DNA of 64,000 nt from Mobula hypostoma (lineage: Eukaryota), in assembly GCF_963921235.1 (NCBI RefSeq), contig NC_086097.1:19718001-19782000 (forward strand). The letters run 5' to 3'. Position numbers and translations under genes: made by a program. A model generated the notes under the pieces. It was not told the DNA's origin and ran no database searches. It saw nothing but the letters and a program-made list of their open reading frames with translations. This document shows positions 23,901-38,900 of this stretch, in pieces (position 1 is the first letter of the stretch; each line of letters starts with the position of its first letter).

Positions 23901-26900
23901 GACTCCACGGTCGTCAATGGCAATGAATTCTACAGATTCACCTTCCTCTGGCTAAAGAAATTTCTTCTCATCTCTGTTCTAAACGGACACCCTTCTATTC
24001 TGAGCCTGTGCCCTCTGGTCCTAGACTCACCCACAATAGAACACATCCTCTCCACATCCACTTTGTCTAGGTCTTGCAATATTCAGTAGGTTTCATTGAG
24101 ATCTTCCCCACCTCATTATTCTGAACTCCAGTGAGTGCAGCCCCAGAGCCAGCAAACACTTCTCATATGTTAACCCTTTCATTCCCAGAATCATTCTCAT
24201 GAACTTCCTCTGGACCCTCTGCAATGCCAGCACATCTTTTCTTAAATAAGGGGCTCGAAACTGCTCACGATATTCCAAGTGCAGTCCGATCAATGCCTTA
24301 TAAAGCCTGAGCATCACCTCCTTGCTCTTGTATTCTAGTCCTCTTGAAATGAATGCTAACTTTGCATTTGCCTTTCTTACCACTGACTCAATCTGCAAGT
24401 TAACCTTTAAGGAATTCTGCACGAGGACTCCCAAGTCCCTTTGGACCATTGATTTTTGGAATTTTCTCTGCATTTAGAAAATCGTCTACCCTTTTATTTC
24501 TTCTACCAAAGTGCACGACAATACACTTCCCTACACAATATTCCACCTGCCACTTCTTTTCCTATTCTCCCAATCTGTCCAAATCCTTCTGCAGACTCCC
24601 TCTGTCCTCAGCACTACCTGCCCCTCCATTTATCTTCGTATCATCCGCAACACTGGCCACAAAGCCATTAATTCCATCATCCAAATCGGTGACAGATAAT
24701 GTGGAAAGAAGTGGTCCCAACACCAACCCCTGCAGAACACCACTAGTCACTGGCAGCCAACGAAAAAGGCCACCTTTATTCCGACTCTTTGTCTTATGCC
24801 AATCAGCCAATCCTACCCACGCCAGTACTTTTCCTGCAATATCATGGGCTCTTATCTTGCTAAGCAGCCTCTTGTGTAGCACCTTGTCAAAGGCCTTCTG
24901 AAAATCCAGGGAAACAACATTCACTTACTCTCCTTTGTCTATCCTGCTTGTTATTTCCTCAAAGAATTCTAAAAGATTTGTCATTTCCCCTTAAGGAAAC
25001 AATGCTGAATTTGGCCAGCTTTATTATGCACCTCCAAGTACCCCAAAACCTCATCCCTAATAATGAACTCCACCATCTTTCCAACCACTGAAGTCAAGCT
25101 AATTGGCTTATAATTATCTTTCTTCTAGCTCCCTCCCTTCTTGAAGAGCGGAGTGATATTTTCCAGACCTCCAGAACCATTCCAGAATCTTGTGATTCTT
25201 GAAAGATCATTTGCAATACCTCCACAATCTCTTCAGCTATCCCTTTCAGAACCTAGGGGTGTACACCATCTGGTCCAGCTGATCGACCTTTCAGCTTCCC
25301 AAGCACCTTCCCATTAGTAATAGCAGCAACGCTAACTTCTGCCCCCTGACACTCTTGAATTTGTAGCATATTGCTGATGTCTTCCGCCACGAAGATGGAT
25401 GCAAAATACTTATTAAGTTTGCCTGCCATTTCTTGGTGCCCCATTACTACCTATCCTGTGGTCCAAAATCCACTCTCACCTCTTTTTTACTCTTTATATA
25501 TCTGAAAAATCATTTGGTATCTTCTTTGATATTTTTGGCTAGCTTACCTTCATATTTCATTTTTTCTCTCTTCATGGGGTTTTTTTAGTTGCCTTCTGTT
25601 GATTTTTTAAAAGCTTCCCATTCCTCTAACTTTCACCTAATTTTTGCACTGTTGTATTATATGCCTTCTCTTTTGCTTTTATGCTGTCTTTGCCTTTCCT
25701 TGTCCTCCCTTTAGAATACTTCATCTTTGGGTTGTATCAATCCTGCCGAATTTCCCCCAGGAAATCCAGCCAGTGTTGTTCTGCCATCATCCCTGCTGGT
25801 GTTGCCCTCCAATCAACTTTGGCCAGTTCCTCTCTCATGTCTCTGCAATTCCCTTTACTCCTCTGAAATAGTGATACATTTGACTTTATCTTCTCCCTCT
25901 CAAACTGCAGGGTGAATTATATCACATTATGATCACAGCCTCTCAAGGGATCCTTTACCTTAAGCTCCCTAATCAAATCCGGTCCATTACATAACACCTA
26001 TTCCAGAATTGCCTTTCCATTGGAGCAGGGGTTCCCAACCCTTCTTATGCAATGGACCCCATTAACCGAGCGGTCCCTGACCCCAGGTTGGGACCCGCTG
26101 CCCTGTTCAACCACAAACTGCTCTAAGAAGCTATCCCCTAGACATTTTACAAATTCCTTCTCATGGGATCCAGAATCAACCTGATTTTCCCAATCTATCT
26201 GCATATTGAAATACCCCATGACTATAATAACATGGCCTTTATTACATGCCTTTTCTACTTCCTGTTGAAATTTATATCCCACATCCTGGCTACTGTTCAA
26301 AGGCCTGTATGCAACTCCCATCAGGGTCTTTTTACCCTTGCAGTTTCTTAACTCTACCCACAAGGATTCTACATCTTCCAATCCTACTGTATGCCAGCTC
26401 TAAGGATTTGATTTGATTTTTTACCAACAGCCTCTCCAGCACCTCTGCCTACCTGCCTGTCATTTCAATTCAAGGTGGATGTTAAGCTCCCAACTATGGT
26501 CTTCTTTCAGCCATGTCTCAGTGATGCCCACAACATCATAACTGCCAATCTCTAACTGCATTACAAGATCATCTACCTTATACGATATATCTCATGCATT
26601 TAAATAAAGCACCTTCAGTTCTGTATTCATCACCCGTTTCGATTTTGCCCCCATGTTACACTGCAGCTCATCCCACTGAGTTATTTTTGGCTTCTCACCT
26701 GCCTGGCAATCCTCACAGTTTCACTACACAATGCCTCTGTTTGTAAACCAACTGCCCAACCTCAGCCCTATCACTCTAGATTCCATACCCTATCCTACTT
26801 AGTTTAAACCCTCCCTAACAGATCTAGCAAACCTACCCACGAGGAAATTGGTCGCCCTCGGGTTCAAAGTTCAAAGTACATATAGGTCACCATATACAAC

Positions 26901-29900
26901 CCTGAGATTCATCATCTGGCAGGCATATTCAATAATCCATAGTAGAATAATAACCATATTAGTTCAGGTGTAACCTGCCCTTTTTCTACAGGCCACATCT
27001 TCCGCAGAAATGAGAACCACTGCCCTCTGCGTAACTTTCTCAGCCACTCATTCTTCTGTACCATCATGTGACAAATAAAGCTGATATTTAGAAGTTTATC
27101 TTTAATAGAGGAGCAGGGATCTATATAATCCAAGTCCTTTGTTTCTAAACTCATGTGGCCCATGTTTACCAGAGCTTGGACCAGTCTCAAATTCTGACCT
27201 CTGGAACTGGGTACTCTCTGGTGCTTTGCGGTCTCTGAGGGAGTTCGGTGAGGTTTTGAGTGAAGCCTGCGGCCTGGAGGCCAAGAAGCCTGGAGACAGG
27301 GCATGAGCACATGATCGACTCCATTTCTCACTGATCTCACTAATTAAAGCATCGAGCATGATTGAGATCAACTAGGATGAAAGCAGAAAGTGAGTGGGTG
27401 TTCAGCGCTGTCTGCCTGCATCTGACCGGCCTCTCGCTCCCTCTCACTTGCTGCTACCAAAGGAAGGTGCCTGCGTTTGAACTGGTCTCTCTCTCTCTCC
27501 CTCTCGCTCGGTGCTGCCAACACAGCTATGAACGACACAGCGCTAAATTGAACTGAATTAAACTGAACATCCTAGACTGTTTTAACAACTCTGTAGTTTG
27601 ACGTTTTATATTCTACGTTTTTTACTCGTTTTTTTGCCGTTTGCACGATTTGTTCTTTTTTCCGTGTTGGGAGATTGATGTTTATCTTTGAACAGTTTCC
27701 ATGGTGTTTCTTTGTTTTGTGGCCGAATGCGGAATCTCAGAATTGAATACTGTATCCAAACTTTGATAATGAATGTACTTTGAATCTTTAACTAATTACT
27801 AATGATTGTGATATTATAATAAAGTTTTAAAAGGGGATAAAGAAGTTCATTAGTTCATATCCGCTACAAGTTAACAAAGGAAGGTTATGGGCACATGGGA
27901 TACCGTGTATATTTTTAAATCTTTCTGCAGATCTATTGTGAATTTCCAACATTTTCTGTCCCTACCTCAGATCCCCAGCATTCACAACCCTCCCCATCGC
28001 TTACCCTGTGTGTGACTGAAGCGTAGAGCAGGTAGCCAGCTTGTGTGTGCACGATGCCTTTGGGCATCCCAGTGCTCCCAGATGTGTACAACAGGAACAG
28101 CATATCCTCACTCTCCATGGCAACAGCATCACACATTGTTTCTTCTTTCTTCATTTCCTGAGGGGGGAAAAAACACAACACGGTTTAATCACATGATACA
28201 GTAAACCATAAGACGTACCAGTTGGTAGGCTAATTGGTGATTGTAAATTGTCCTGTGATTAGGCCAGTGTTAAATGGATGGGTTGCTGAGAAGTGCAGCT
28301 GTTTGGGCAGGAAGGCCCTGTTCCTCACTATCATCTCTAAACACATCGGGACCAGGTCATTTTGGCCCAATTAAGTGGCTGCCCCAATTAGTTGAAGTTT
28401 TATGGATCTCGTTAAAAACGTATAAAATGAGTAAACTACCATTTAACTGAGTAACAAATTATGTATTTAAATGAAATACAGAATAATTCAGAACACCAGC
28501 AATAGTACTACAGCACTATAAGACTGTATTATTTTCTAATAGTTCTCGATGGAGGAATTACATTGCCACGTTCTTCTGATTGATTGTAATTGAACAAAAC
28601 CAGCACGGACACCTTGTGTAGGTAGTGGTCTGCCTTCATACAACACTTTTGACTACTACATTCTCAGTATCTTCATTTTCATTGTAATATTCAAGATGAT
28701 TGTTGATATCTTCAAATCCTTTGTCATTCCTAACTTGCTGAAGTAGTGAAATCATTTAATTTTCACTCCCGGCCGTTTCTGGCATCTCCAAGCCTGAATG
28801 CTTGAAACCGCAGTGAACAAAACAGTTCTGATTTGTCTTATTTCTTATTTCTCACCAATTAGTGACAAAAATTTCTGCCCTTTGAACACATCACAGCTAA
28901 CTGACACTATTTAAAAACTCTTCACTCTAAACACAGCGTAGTATCTAAAGGTAGTAGAAACTGTTTGGCCACAGCTTGTAAAGAGTATTTATTTTCTCCC
29001 CATGACCAAGTGGATTTCCTCTAAATATCCTCCCACAGTCCAAAGACATACCAATTGGTAGGTTAATTGGTCATTGTATTGTCCCATGATTAGGCTGGGG
29101 TTAAATCGGGGGTTGCTGGGCTCAAGGGGCCAATTTCGCGTTGCGTTGCAATCAATAAATAAATAAAGTCTCCAGTCCCAATTAAGTGGCATAGTGTCCC
29201 AAATAAACGAAGGAACTCCTGGCTATTTTCTCAATCAGTTTTTGCTCCTCAAGAGTTGTCCCAAGTAAGCAGCTGCCCTGATTAGCTGATAGCCCAATTA
29301 ACCAGAATCCACTGTAAAATAAATTAGACAATAAGACAGAGGAGTAAATCAGGCCATTCGGCCCATTGAATCAGCTGTCATTCCATTATGGCTGATTTAT
29401 TATCCCTCTCAACCCCATTCTTCTGCCTTTTCCCAATAACCTTTGACACCCTTACAAATCAAGAACCTATCAACCACTTTAAGTATATCCAATGACTTGG
29501 CATCCATAGCCATCTGTGTCAATGAATTCCACAGATTCACTACCTAAAGAAATTCCTCATCATCTATATTCTAAACCTCAGTGATGTTGCTGCTGCTACT
29601 GCTACCACCGAACGTGTTGGGCGTTATGTTTGCTCTGTTTGTAAGTTTTCGTTGGAACATTTTATTGCTGAACCACATTCAATCCTGTGCACATGTGACC
29701 TGGTCTGGTTCCTGGTGAACCCCACCCCTCGCATTGCCCACTGGGAATCTGAAGTTCTTTATTCAACCAAAAGACAGAGGAGCTTGCTACTCTATTCCAT
29801 TTCTTTCCTGACCTCTCTTGCATTTTTGAACGGTACCTTGTAATTGGAAAAGCCAAGCATCAACCTCTCAACCAACAAAACTGGCAGATTGCAGTAGTGT

Positions 29901-32900
29901 ACAGTTCTGACCTCGGTACTACAGCAAGGATGTGGTTGCTTTAGAGAGAGCACAAAAGAGATACGTCAGGACCTGGCCTGGAATGGAGGCCTTAACTTAT
30001 GAGGAGAGACTGGATAGGTTGGACTTATTCTCGTTGGAGTGCAGGGGACTGGGGGTGACCTCACAGAGGTCTATAAAATTATGAGGAACATAGATAGTGT
30101 AGATAGTTTCAGTCGTTTACCTAGAGCACAGGAGTCTAAAACTGAGAGGGGAGAACTTAAAGGAGACATATGGAGTAGTTTATAAAGATGTTGGGGACCT
30201 GAATTATAGGGAAAGGTTGAATAGGTTATAACTTTATTCTCTGGAGCGTAGGAGAATGGGTGGAGATCTTATAGAGCTTTATACAATTATGAGGGGTATA
30301 GATACGGTAAATACAAGCAGTCTCTTTCCACTGAGATTGGGTGAGACTGGAACTAGAAATCATAGGTTTAGGGTGAAAGGTGAAATATTTAAGGGGAACT
30401 TCTTCACTCAGAGGGGGGAGTGAGTGTGAATGAGCTGCCTGCGGAAGTGGTGAATGCGGGTTCAAATGCACAATTTAAGAGAAGTTTGGATGAGTACATG
30501 ATTGGGCAGGTATGGAGGGCTGTGCTTCAGGTGCGGATCATAGAATAAGTACAGCACAGTACAGGCCCTTCGGCCCACGCTGTTGTGCTGACCCTCAAAC
30601 CCTGCCTCCCATATAACTCCCCACCTTAAATTCCTCCAATGGGACTAAGCAGAGTAACAGATCGGCAGGGACTGAAAGAGCTGAAGTGCTGTAGAGTTCA
30701 GTGACCGTGTTTCACACAGAGAGCAGTGGTTATATGGAACAAACTGTCAAATTAAGTGGTAGAGGCAGGAATGACTACAAAGTTTAAAAAGTATTTGGAC
30801 AGGTACTTGGATAGTATAGGAGCGGAGGGATAAGGTCCAATACAGGCAAATGGGATAAGCATAGAAAACCATGAATGAAACCACCAGAAGATTACTATGG
30901 CCATTTAAGGAAATGTTAGCCAGCCTGCCTGTCACAGGTACAAACCTTCTACTCAGTAGGGAGAAACTGTGGGGGGACAGGCCATGCTGAGAGAAAATTC
31001 TTCATCGCTGACCTTACAGGTAAGGAGCCTGACTTCAACCTCCCTCAAAGTCAGAGAGTCGGGAGAAATGGGCCACACTCAAAATGGGAATCGGGTTAAC
31101 AGCTCAGTTATCACTAAAGTCAGTGTTGGGACCTCAAATGCATATAATGTCTGGTCGAAGGATTAACGTATGTTTGTTTGTTTAAGGTTCGAAGTAAATT
31201 TATTATCAAAGTACAAATATGTCAACATATACAGCCCTGAGAATCATTTTCTTGTAGGCACACTCAATACATCCAAAATGGAATAACAACCATAATAGAA
31301 TCAATGAAAGACCGCACCAACTTGGGTGATCAACCAGCATGCAAAAGACAACAAACTGTGCAAATACAAAAAGAAATAAATCATAGTAATAATAAATAAA
31401 TAAGCAATAAATATCAAGAACATGAAATGATGAGCCCTTGAGAGTGACTCCATAAGTTGTGGGAACATTTCAATGATGGAGCAAATGAACTGGAGTGAAG
31501 TTATCACCTTTGGTTCAAGAGCCTGATGGTTGAGGATTAATAACTATTCCTGAACCAGGCAGTGTGAGGCCTGAGGCTCTTGTACCTTCTTCCTGTTGGC
31601 AGCAAGGAGAAGAGAACATGTCCTGGGTAGTGGAGGTCCCTAATGATTGATACTGCTCTCCGACGACAGCATTTCATGTAGATGCATGATGGACCGGACC
31701 ATATCCACTATTTGGAGACACAGTGTGGAACAGGCCTTTCTAGCCCAATGAGCCAAACTGCCCAGCAGCTCAGCAACCCACCTGTTTAACCCTAGCCTAG
31801 TCACAGGATAATTAACAATGACCAATTCACCTACTAACCGGGACGTCTTTGCACTATGGGAGGAACAGAGCTCCAGGGGGAAACCCATGTGCTCACAGGT
31901 AGGAACGTACGAACTTCTTCAGGAGGACACTGGAACTGAACTCCAAACTCTGACACCCCGATCTGTAGTAGGGTCACACTAAGCTACCATGGCCAGATCT
32001 GCTGATGGTATGATAGACTGGCAAGTCGGCCAGAGGAGTGAAGCGTAACTTTATCCAGTTCACCCTCAACAGAATCTGGGTGAATGACGGTTAAAGAATA
32101 AAGATCTTAACGATTATCTTTATTTGTCACACGTACATTGAAACGTACATGTGTCTTTGGAATGTGGGAGGAAACCAGGGTACCTGGAGGAAACCCACAC
32201 AGTCACAGGGAGAACATACAAGCTCATAACAGACAACGGCAGGAATTGAACCCCGATCGTTGGCACTGTAAAGCGTTATGCTAACCGTGCTGCCTTCTGT
32301 CTCACAAGTGGAAGGCGATCAATCACTTGGAAAATGTGATTGACCTCCTACCGCCCGACAGTCCCAAGGGAACCACACCTGTCCAATCATTAGGATTGGT
32401 TGTGGGGCTCCCTTGTTTCTCAAGTGGACACCTCAGGAGGCATCGGAAGACTGGACATCAGAGTGTGAGGCCCATCACATTGCACTGAGGAAAACACTTT
32501 ATTGGACCTGAACTGACCTGACCTGACCCTTACATGACCTGGCCTGACCTTAGGAGGCCAGTGCCTGAATCAACAGACTGGACATCAGAGTGCGAGACCA
32601 GTTGCATCACACTGAGGACGGCACTCTTCTGGACCTGTGATTGTACTTCCAGTGCAACACACCTTGACACTGGAGGAACTCAATGGGTCAGGCAGCATCT
32701 GTGGAGGGAAATGGACAATAGAGACCCTTCATCAGGACTTAAAGAGGGGAGAAAGCTATTATAAAAGGTGGAGGGAAAGAGTAGGGCTTGAACTGGTTGG
32801 TGACAGGTGGATCCATGTGGGAGGAGTGTGATAGGTCCGATGAGGGAGGAGGAAGAGTGGGAATGAGGTCAAAAACTGGGAGCTGATGGAAGAGACAAAG

Positions 32901-35900
32901 GGCTAAGCAAAGTGGATTCTGAACGGAGAGGATGGTGGGGGCATGGAATAAAGGGAACGAGGTGGGGAGTGTGAGGGTGCTGGTCAGATGGGGAATGAGA
33001 GGGTGAGGGTGGGAAATGACATAGCGTAATGGGGGCTGCTTGGATCAGGTGGAGGGAGTACAGAATAAAGGAGGAAAGAGACAGAGGAGAGCAGCATTGA
33101 TTATCTCCCCTCTTTCTTTCCAGCCCAGATAAAGGTTCTTGACCCAAAATATTAAGTGTCCAATTTTCCTCCATGGACATGCTGCCTGAGCCACTGAGCT
33201 GCCCAGAGTCTTTATGTTTTGCTCCAGGTTTCCAGCATCTGCCGGCATCCAGTATCTTCCATTCTCCTGCTTCCAGTGATGTGCGCACCTGTAACGCACC
33301 CCTCCCATCGCTCTGCTCCATTTATTTCCCAGGGAGTACGTGGTCTCTGTGTAGTTCTGCGCAATGCCATTACAGCCCGGGACATTCCAGAACTTGGGAG
33401 TTCAATTCCAGCGCTGTCTGTAAGGAGGTTGGACATTTTCACCATTAACTTCATGGGTTTCCTCCCACAGTCCAAAGACGTACCAGTTAGTAGGTTAAGT
33501 GGTCATTGTAGATTGTCCCGTGATTAGGCTAGGGTTAAACAGGAGATCTGCTGGGCAGTGTGGCTCATTGGCCCAGAAAGGCTTGTTCCCACTGTATCTC
33601 TAAATAAATAAATCCAACAACTGATGTTAGTGGCAATTTGCTGATTATAGCAGCAGCCTGCACAATGGCTGATGACTTTAATATATTGCCTCTGTGTAAC
33701 CTACACCTCCAAGAGGACCACAACCTTGTCATTGGGTTAGAAGGCTTGCATACCTCAATGACCCGGAGAGCTGTGCTGGCTGGAGTCAGGGCTTTAAGCT
33801 TTGGCTCTTGGTAGGGTCACCCATGCCAAACAGAGTCGAAGGGTAGAGGCTAGACTAAGAGTGGTTCACTGATCCTCCAGGGCTAACAACCCTGACTGGT
33901 AAAACAAGATTGTTACAGGAACAGCAATGAAGAACCCTTCGACATCTGAGAGTGACAGTATTCCTGAGTCTCCACCTGGGACTGGCATGACTGACAGTAG
34001 TGAAAACTGAGAGGAAGCTACTGACATGATGAAGGAAGCCCTGAACACCGCCAGAGATAGAGGAGCTTCATTGCTGCCCTAAACACTATACAGTCATAGA
34101 GTCGTGGAAAAGTACAGCACAGAAACAGGCCCTTTAGCCCATCTAGTCCATGCCGAACCATTGAGACTGTCTACTCTCATTGGCCTGCACCTGGACCATA
34201 GCCCTTCATACCCCTACCATCCATGTACCTATCCAAGTTTCTCTTAAACGTTGAAATCGAGCTCGCATGCACCACTTGTGCTGGCAGCTCATTCCACACT
34301 GTCACCACCCTCTATGAGCGAAGAAGTTTCCCCTTAAACTTTTCACCTTTCACCCTAAACCCATAACTGCTTGTTGTACCTCAGTGGAAAAAGCTTGCTC
34401 GCATTTACCCTATCTCTACCCCTCATAACTTTGCATACTTCTATCAAATCTCCTCTCAATCTTCTACGTTCCAAGGAATAAAGTCCTAACCTATTCAATC
34501 TTCCCTCATAACTCAGGTCCTCCAGACTCAGCAACATCTTTGTAAATTTTCTCTGCACTCTTTTAACCTTGTTTACCAGTGGTGTAACAGGCAGAGAGTA
34601 AGTAAGCAAGTGTAACCTCCAACCACACAGTTTTAGGTCTGGAAGTTTATCTTGAATTTCCATTTTGTTTATGTAAATAGTGAACAACAGAACACACACC
34701 CAATTGCACCCAGAATATACTTTCCAACTTCAACTCTTCATGGATGCTCAATAACATACACATATGAGAAAGCCAGCCAGATCCAACTTTCTTACTGCGC
34801 CCCAATCATTTTGGCGTTCCCCTTGTGATTTGAGAGGAGGGAAGGAGTTGGCCCTAATTATAGTGCTGAGCGAAAGGTAACAAACACCCACACGGGGGGA
34901 AAAGGGAACTCCACACAGCACAGAAGGTCTAAATGTTCAGCTCTGCAGGAGACCAAAGAGGTCACCTGGGATCACTGTGGTCCTGGTCTGAGACTGGGAG
35001 AATGCATTCCAGGTAAAGAACGAACTTTAGCTCAAGGTTAGAACCAATGACAGTGTAAATCGAGGGCACTCTGGAAGTTAATATTTTACACTTCCTTATC
35101 CTTGGACTTTGCCCGCATTAATTTAGTACAGGAACTCTTTAATGGCTTGGCATGATGCAACGTTCTAATCTTAAAAGGATCAGACACACATTATGCCTTA
35201 GCACCTAGAGTCAGAGAGTCATATAGCACAGAAACAGGCCCTTCAGCCCATATAGTCTGTGACCAACTCTTATTCAGCCTAGTCCCATTGACCTACACTG
35301 AGACCATAGCCCTCCATGCCCCGCCCACCCATGTACCTATCCAAACCTCTCTTACAAGGTGGTGTTGGTGATATACGGTAACATTTTGCGAACCAAACTA
35401 CTAGAAATACAACTGAATATACCTTTACTGAACTACCATCACTGCAAACCATGGCCTGGAATTTGTCTTTAAGAAATTTTTTGAACCATCTAAACGAACT
35501 AGCGATTTTACAATCTCCTGAAGGATTCGGCGAACTTGACTCTCGAGAACGCAAGTGGAAGCGAGCTTCAGGCCAGATTAAAGTGCCGAGGCCCCAGAGC
35601 AGAAAACGAACCAATGATCAGCCCACTACTCCTGGCCAGCTAAGATTCCCGCCACCTGAGCCCATTCTGTCTGCCTGCATTTGAACCTGAATCCCTCTCA
35701 TCCCACATCACCAGGTTTGGGAGCAGTCGTAGCCCTGCAGCCATCGGGCTCCTGGACCGGTTTCACTCGCCTCGGCAATGAGCTGCCTCCACAGCCTGTG
35801 GAGTCACCTTCAGGGACCCTGCAGCTCATGGTCCGTGCGTAACTCGTTTACTTTTTAATTATTTGTCTTCTTTTATACATTAGATGTTTGTCCTTCATTA

Positions 35901-38900
35901 GATCTTTGGTTTTTCGTGATTTCTATTGTGTTTCTTTGCTTTCTGGCTGCCTACAAGGAGAGGAATCCCAAGGCTGGTATACATACATACATGTGGTAAA
36001 CACACTTTGATAATAAATGTACTTTGATATTAAACGTTAAAATTGAACAAGCAAATTGAACGCTGTCAGAGCAGTGCTGCCAGGATAATCAAGGACACAA
36101 CCCACCCAGCCAACACACTTTTCGTCCCTCTTCCCTCTGGGAGAAGGCTCAGGAGCTTGAAGACTCGTATGGCCAGATTTGGGAACAGCTTCTTTCCAAC
36201 TGTGATAAGACTGCTGAATGGATCCTGACCCGGATCTGGGCCGCACCCTCCAAATATCCGGACCTGCCTCTTGGTTTTTTTGCACTATCCTACTTTACAT
36301 TTTTCTATTTTCTATTTATGATTTATAATTTAAACTTTTAATATTTACTAATTTTTACTATTTTTAATATTTACTATTTGTAATCCAGGGAGCAGGAAGT
36401 GCAGAATCAAATATCACTGTGATGATTGTACGTTCTAGTATCAATTGTTTGGCGACAATAAAGTATAAGTATTTACCACTTCTGGTGGCAGTTGTTCCAC
36501 ACTCTCGACCCCCCTTCTGAGAGAAGAAGTACCTTCCAGGATTCCCTTAAACATTTCACCTTTCACCCTTAGCCTGTGACCTCTAATTCTAGTCTCACCC
36601 AACTTCTGTGGAAAAAGCCTACTTGCATTTATCCTATCTCTATGGTATACCTCATAATCTTGTACCTTCTATCGGATTCCCCCTCATTTTCCTACACTTG
36701 GCGGAATAAAATCCTAACCTATTTAACCCTTCCCTGTAACTCGGGCCCTCAAGACCTGGCAACATCCTCTGTAAATTTCTCTCCACTATTACAAACTTAT
36801 TGATAACTTTCCTGCATAGGTAGACCAGAACTGCACAAAATACTCCAAAGTAAGCCTCACCAAGGTCCTATACAGCTTCAACATAACATCCAAACTCCTA
36901 AACCCAATACCTGTGTTAAAAAAATAGATTCACTCCAGTTTGCCTACCGGAGCAACAGGTTCACAGCAGATGCTATCTCATTATCTCTTCACTCAATCCT
37001 GGAACATCTGGACTGTAAAGATGCGAACATCAGGATGCCCTTTATCAACTGCAGCTTGGCATTCAATACCATTATCCCCTCAAAACTAATCAATAAGCCC
37101 CAAGACCTTGGCCTCAGTACCTCCTTGTGCAAGTGGATCCTCCATTTCCTCACTTGCAGACCCCACTCAGTTCGGATTGACAGCAACATTTCCTCCACAA
37201 TCTCCAGCAGCACAGGTGCATCACAAGGCTGTGTGCTTAGTCCCCCGCTCTACTCACTTTACACTTACGACTGTGTGGCTAGGCACATCTCCCATTCCAT
37301 ATTCAAGTTTGCTAACAACACCACTGCCGTTGACCGAATCAAAGGTGGTGATGAATCAGCATATAGGAGGGAGATTGAAAATCTGGCAGAGTGCTGCCAC
37401 AACAACCTCTCACTCAATGTCAGCAAGGCTGAGGAGCTGATTACTGACTTTAGGAGAAGGAAACCAGAGGGCCATGAGCCTCATCGGAGGATCAGAAGTG
37501 GAGCGGGTCAGCAACTTTAAATTCTTCAGAATTATTATTGCAGAGGACCTGTCCTGGGCCCAGCACATAATTGCATTTACAAAGAAAGCAAGGCAGCATC
37601 TCTACTTCCTTAGGAGTTTGCGAAGATTCGACACAACATCTAAACCTTTGACAAACTTCTATTGATGTGTAGTGGAACGTATATTGACTGGCTGCATCAC
37701 AGCCTGGTGTGGAAACACCAATGCCCTTGAACGGAAAATCCTACAAATAGTAGTGGATAGGGCCCATTCCATCGTGGGTAAAGCCCTCCTTACCACTGAG
37801 CACATCTACACAGAACTTTTTTAATATTTCTTATAGTAATTTGTTTTGTATTGCACTGCACTGCTGCTGCAAAACAACAAGTCTCATGACATACATCAGT
37901 GACAATAAACCTGATTCTGAGCCTGCTTACGGAGAAGATGACGTGATTTTGTCTGCAGAGAGCTGTGGAAGAAGATATTGACACATAATTGAACCAGAAG
38001 GAATCACGGACTGTGGAGGGGGCAGGAATGTGTTACTGACTCCAACATAGGATCAGCCACGATTGTATTGAATGCCACATCACCAAATGGTTGTTATTCA
38101 TATTCTTACATTCTCAGAGAAGACCAAACTAATTTTTTTCATCACAGCAATGTACCTCTTCAAGGGGAATGTCAATATTGGACATTGGGACTTCATTGTC
38201 TGTTCTCTTGGCCACTAGTACACGCCTGACTGAAGGACACATCTTCACAGCTTCGTCCACTGTTTTCTTCAGCTCGATGATCTTTCCACCCCTCACGGCC
38301 TGGTTGGTAGTGATCACAGTTTCAGACTGTGCTTTACGAAGAGAGAACACAACAGATTAAAAGGTTGTACAAGAAGAAAACAGCACAAGAGACTCAAAAT
38401 CCCACAAAGTTTTTTAATATATTACTTATTTATTAAGCTACAACATGGAATAGGCTCTTCCAGCCCTTCGAATTGCACAGCCCAGCAATCCCGATTTAAT
38501 CCTAGCTTAATTATGGGACAACTTACAATGACCAATTAACCTACTGGTACATCTTTAGACTGTGGGAGGAAACCGAAGCACTTGGAAAAGACCTGCGCGG
38601 TCACAGGGAGAACGTACTAACTCCTTCCAGGCAGCTGTGTGATTTGAACCTGGGTCGCTGGTACAGCAAAGCGTCTTATACAGGGCAGAAGGCTGCTGGG
38701 GGAGATGGCCTGCAAAGGTGCATCTTAGAAGCAGGGTAAGTGGAGGACCTTAGGATGTTATATAGAACAGTAGATCACAGTGCTGTCTCTTCAGCCCCCA
38801 ATGCCTGTTGTCTGCCCACCCTTTTTTGTCTATGATCAATCTAACCCTTCCCTCTCACATAGCCCTCCATTGTCCTGTTGCCGGGGCCAGGGTCGAAGCG

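Noticed and set aside
35360..35660. CpG-containing segment with a 77-aa ORF as a possible captured gene
   Set aside because: It contains a frameshifted [14 protein letters not shown] remnant typical of Rex1/L2 ORF N-termini, so it is most likely a LINE 5' fragment.
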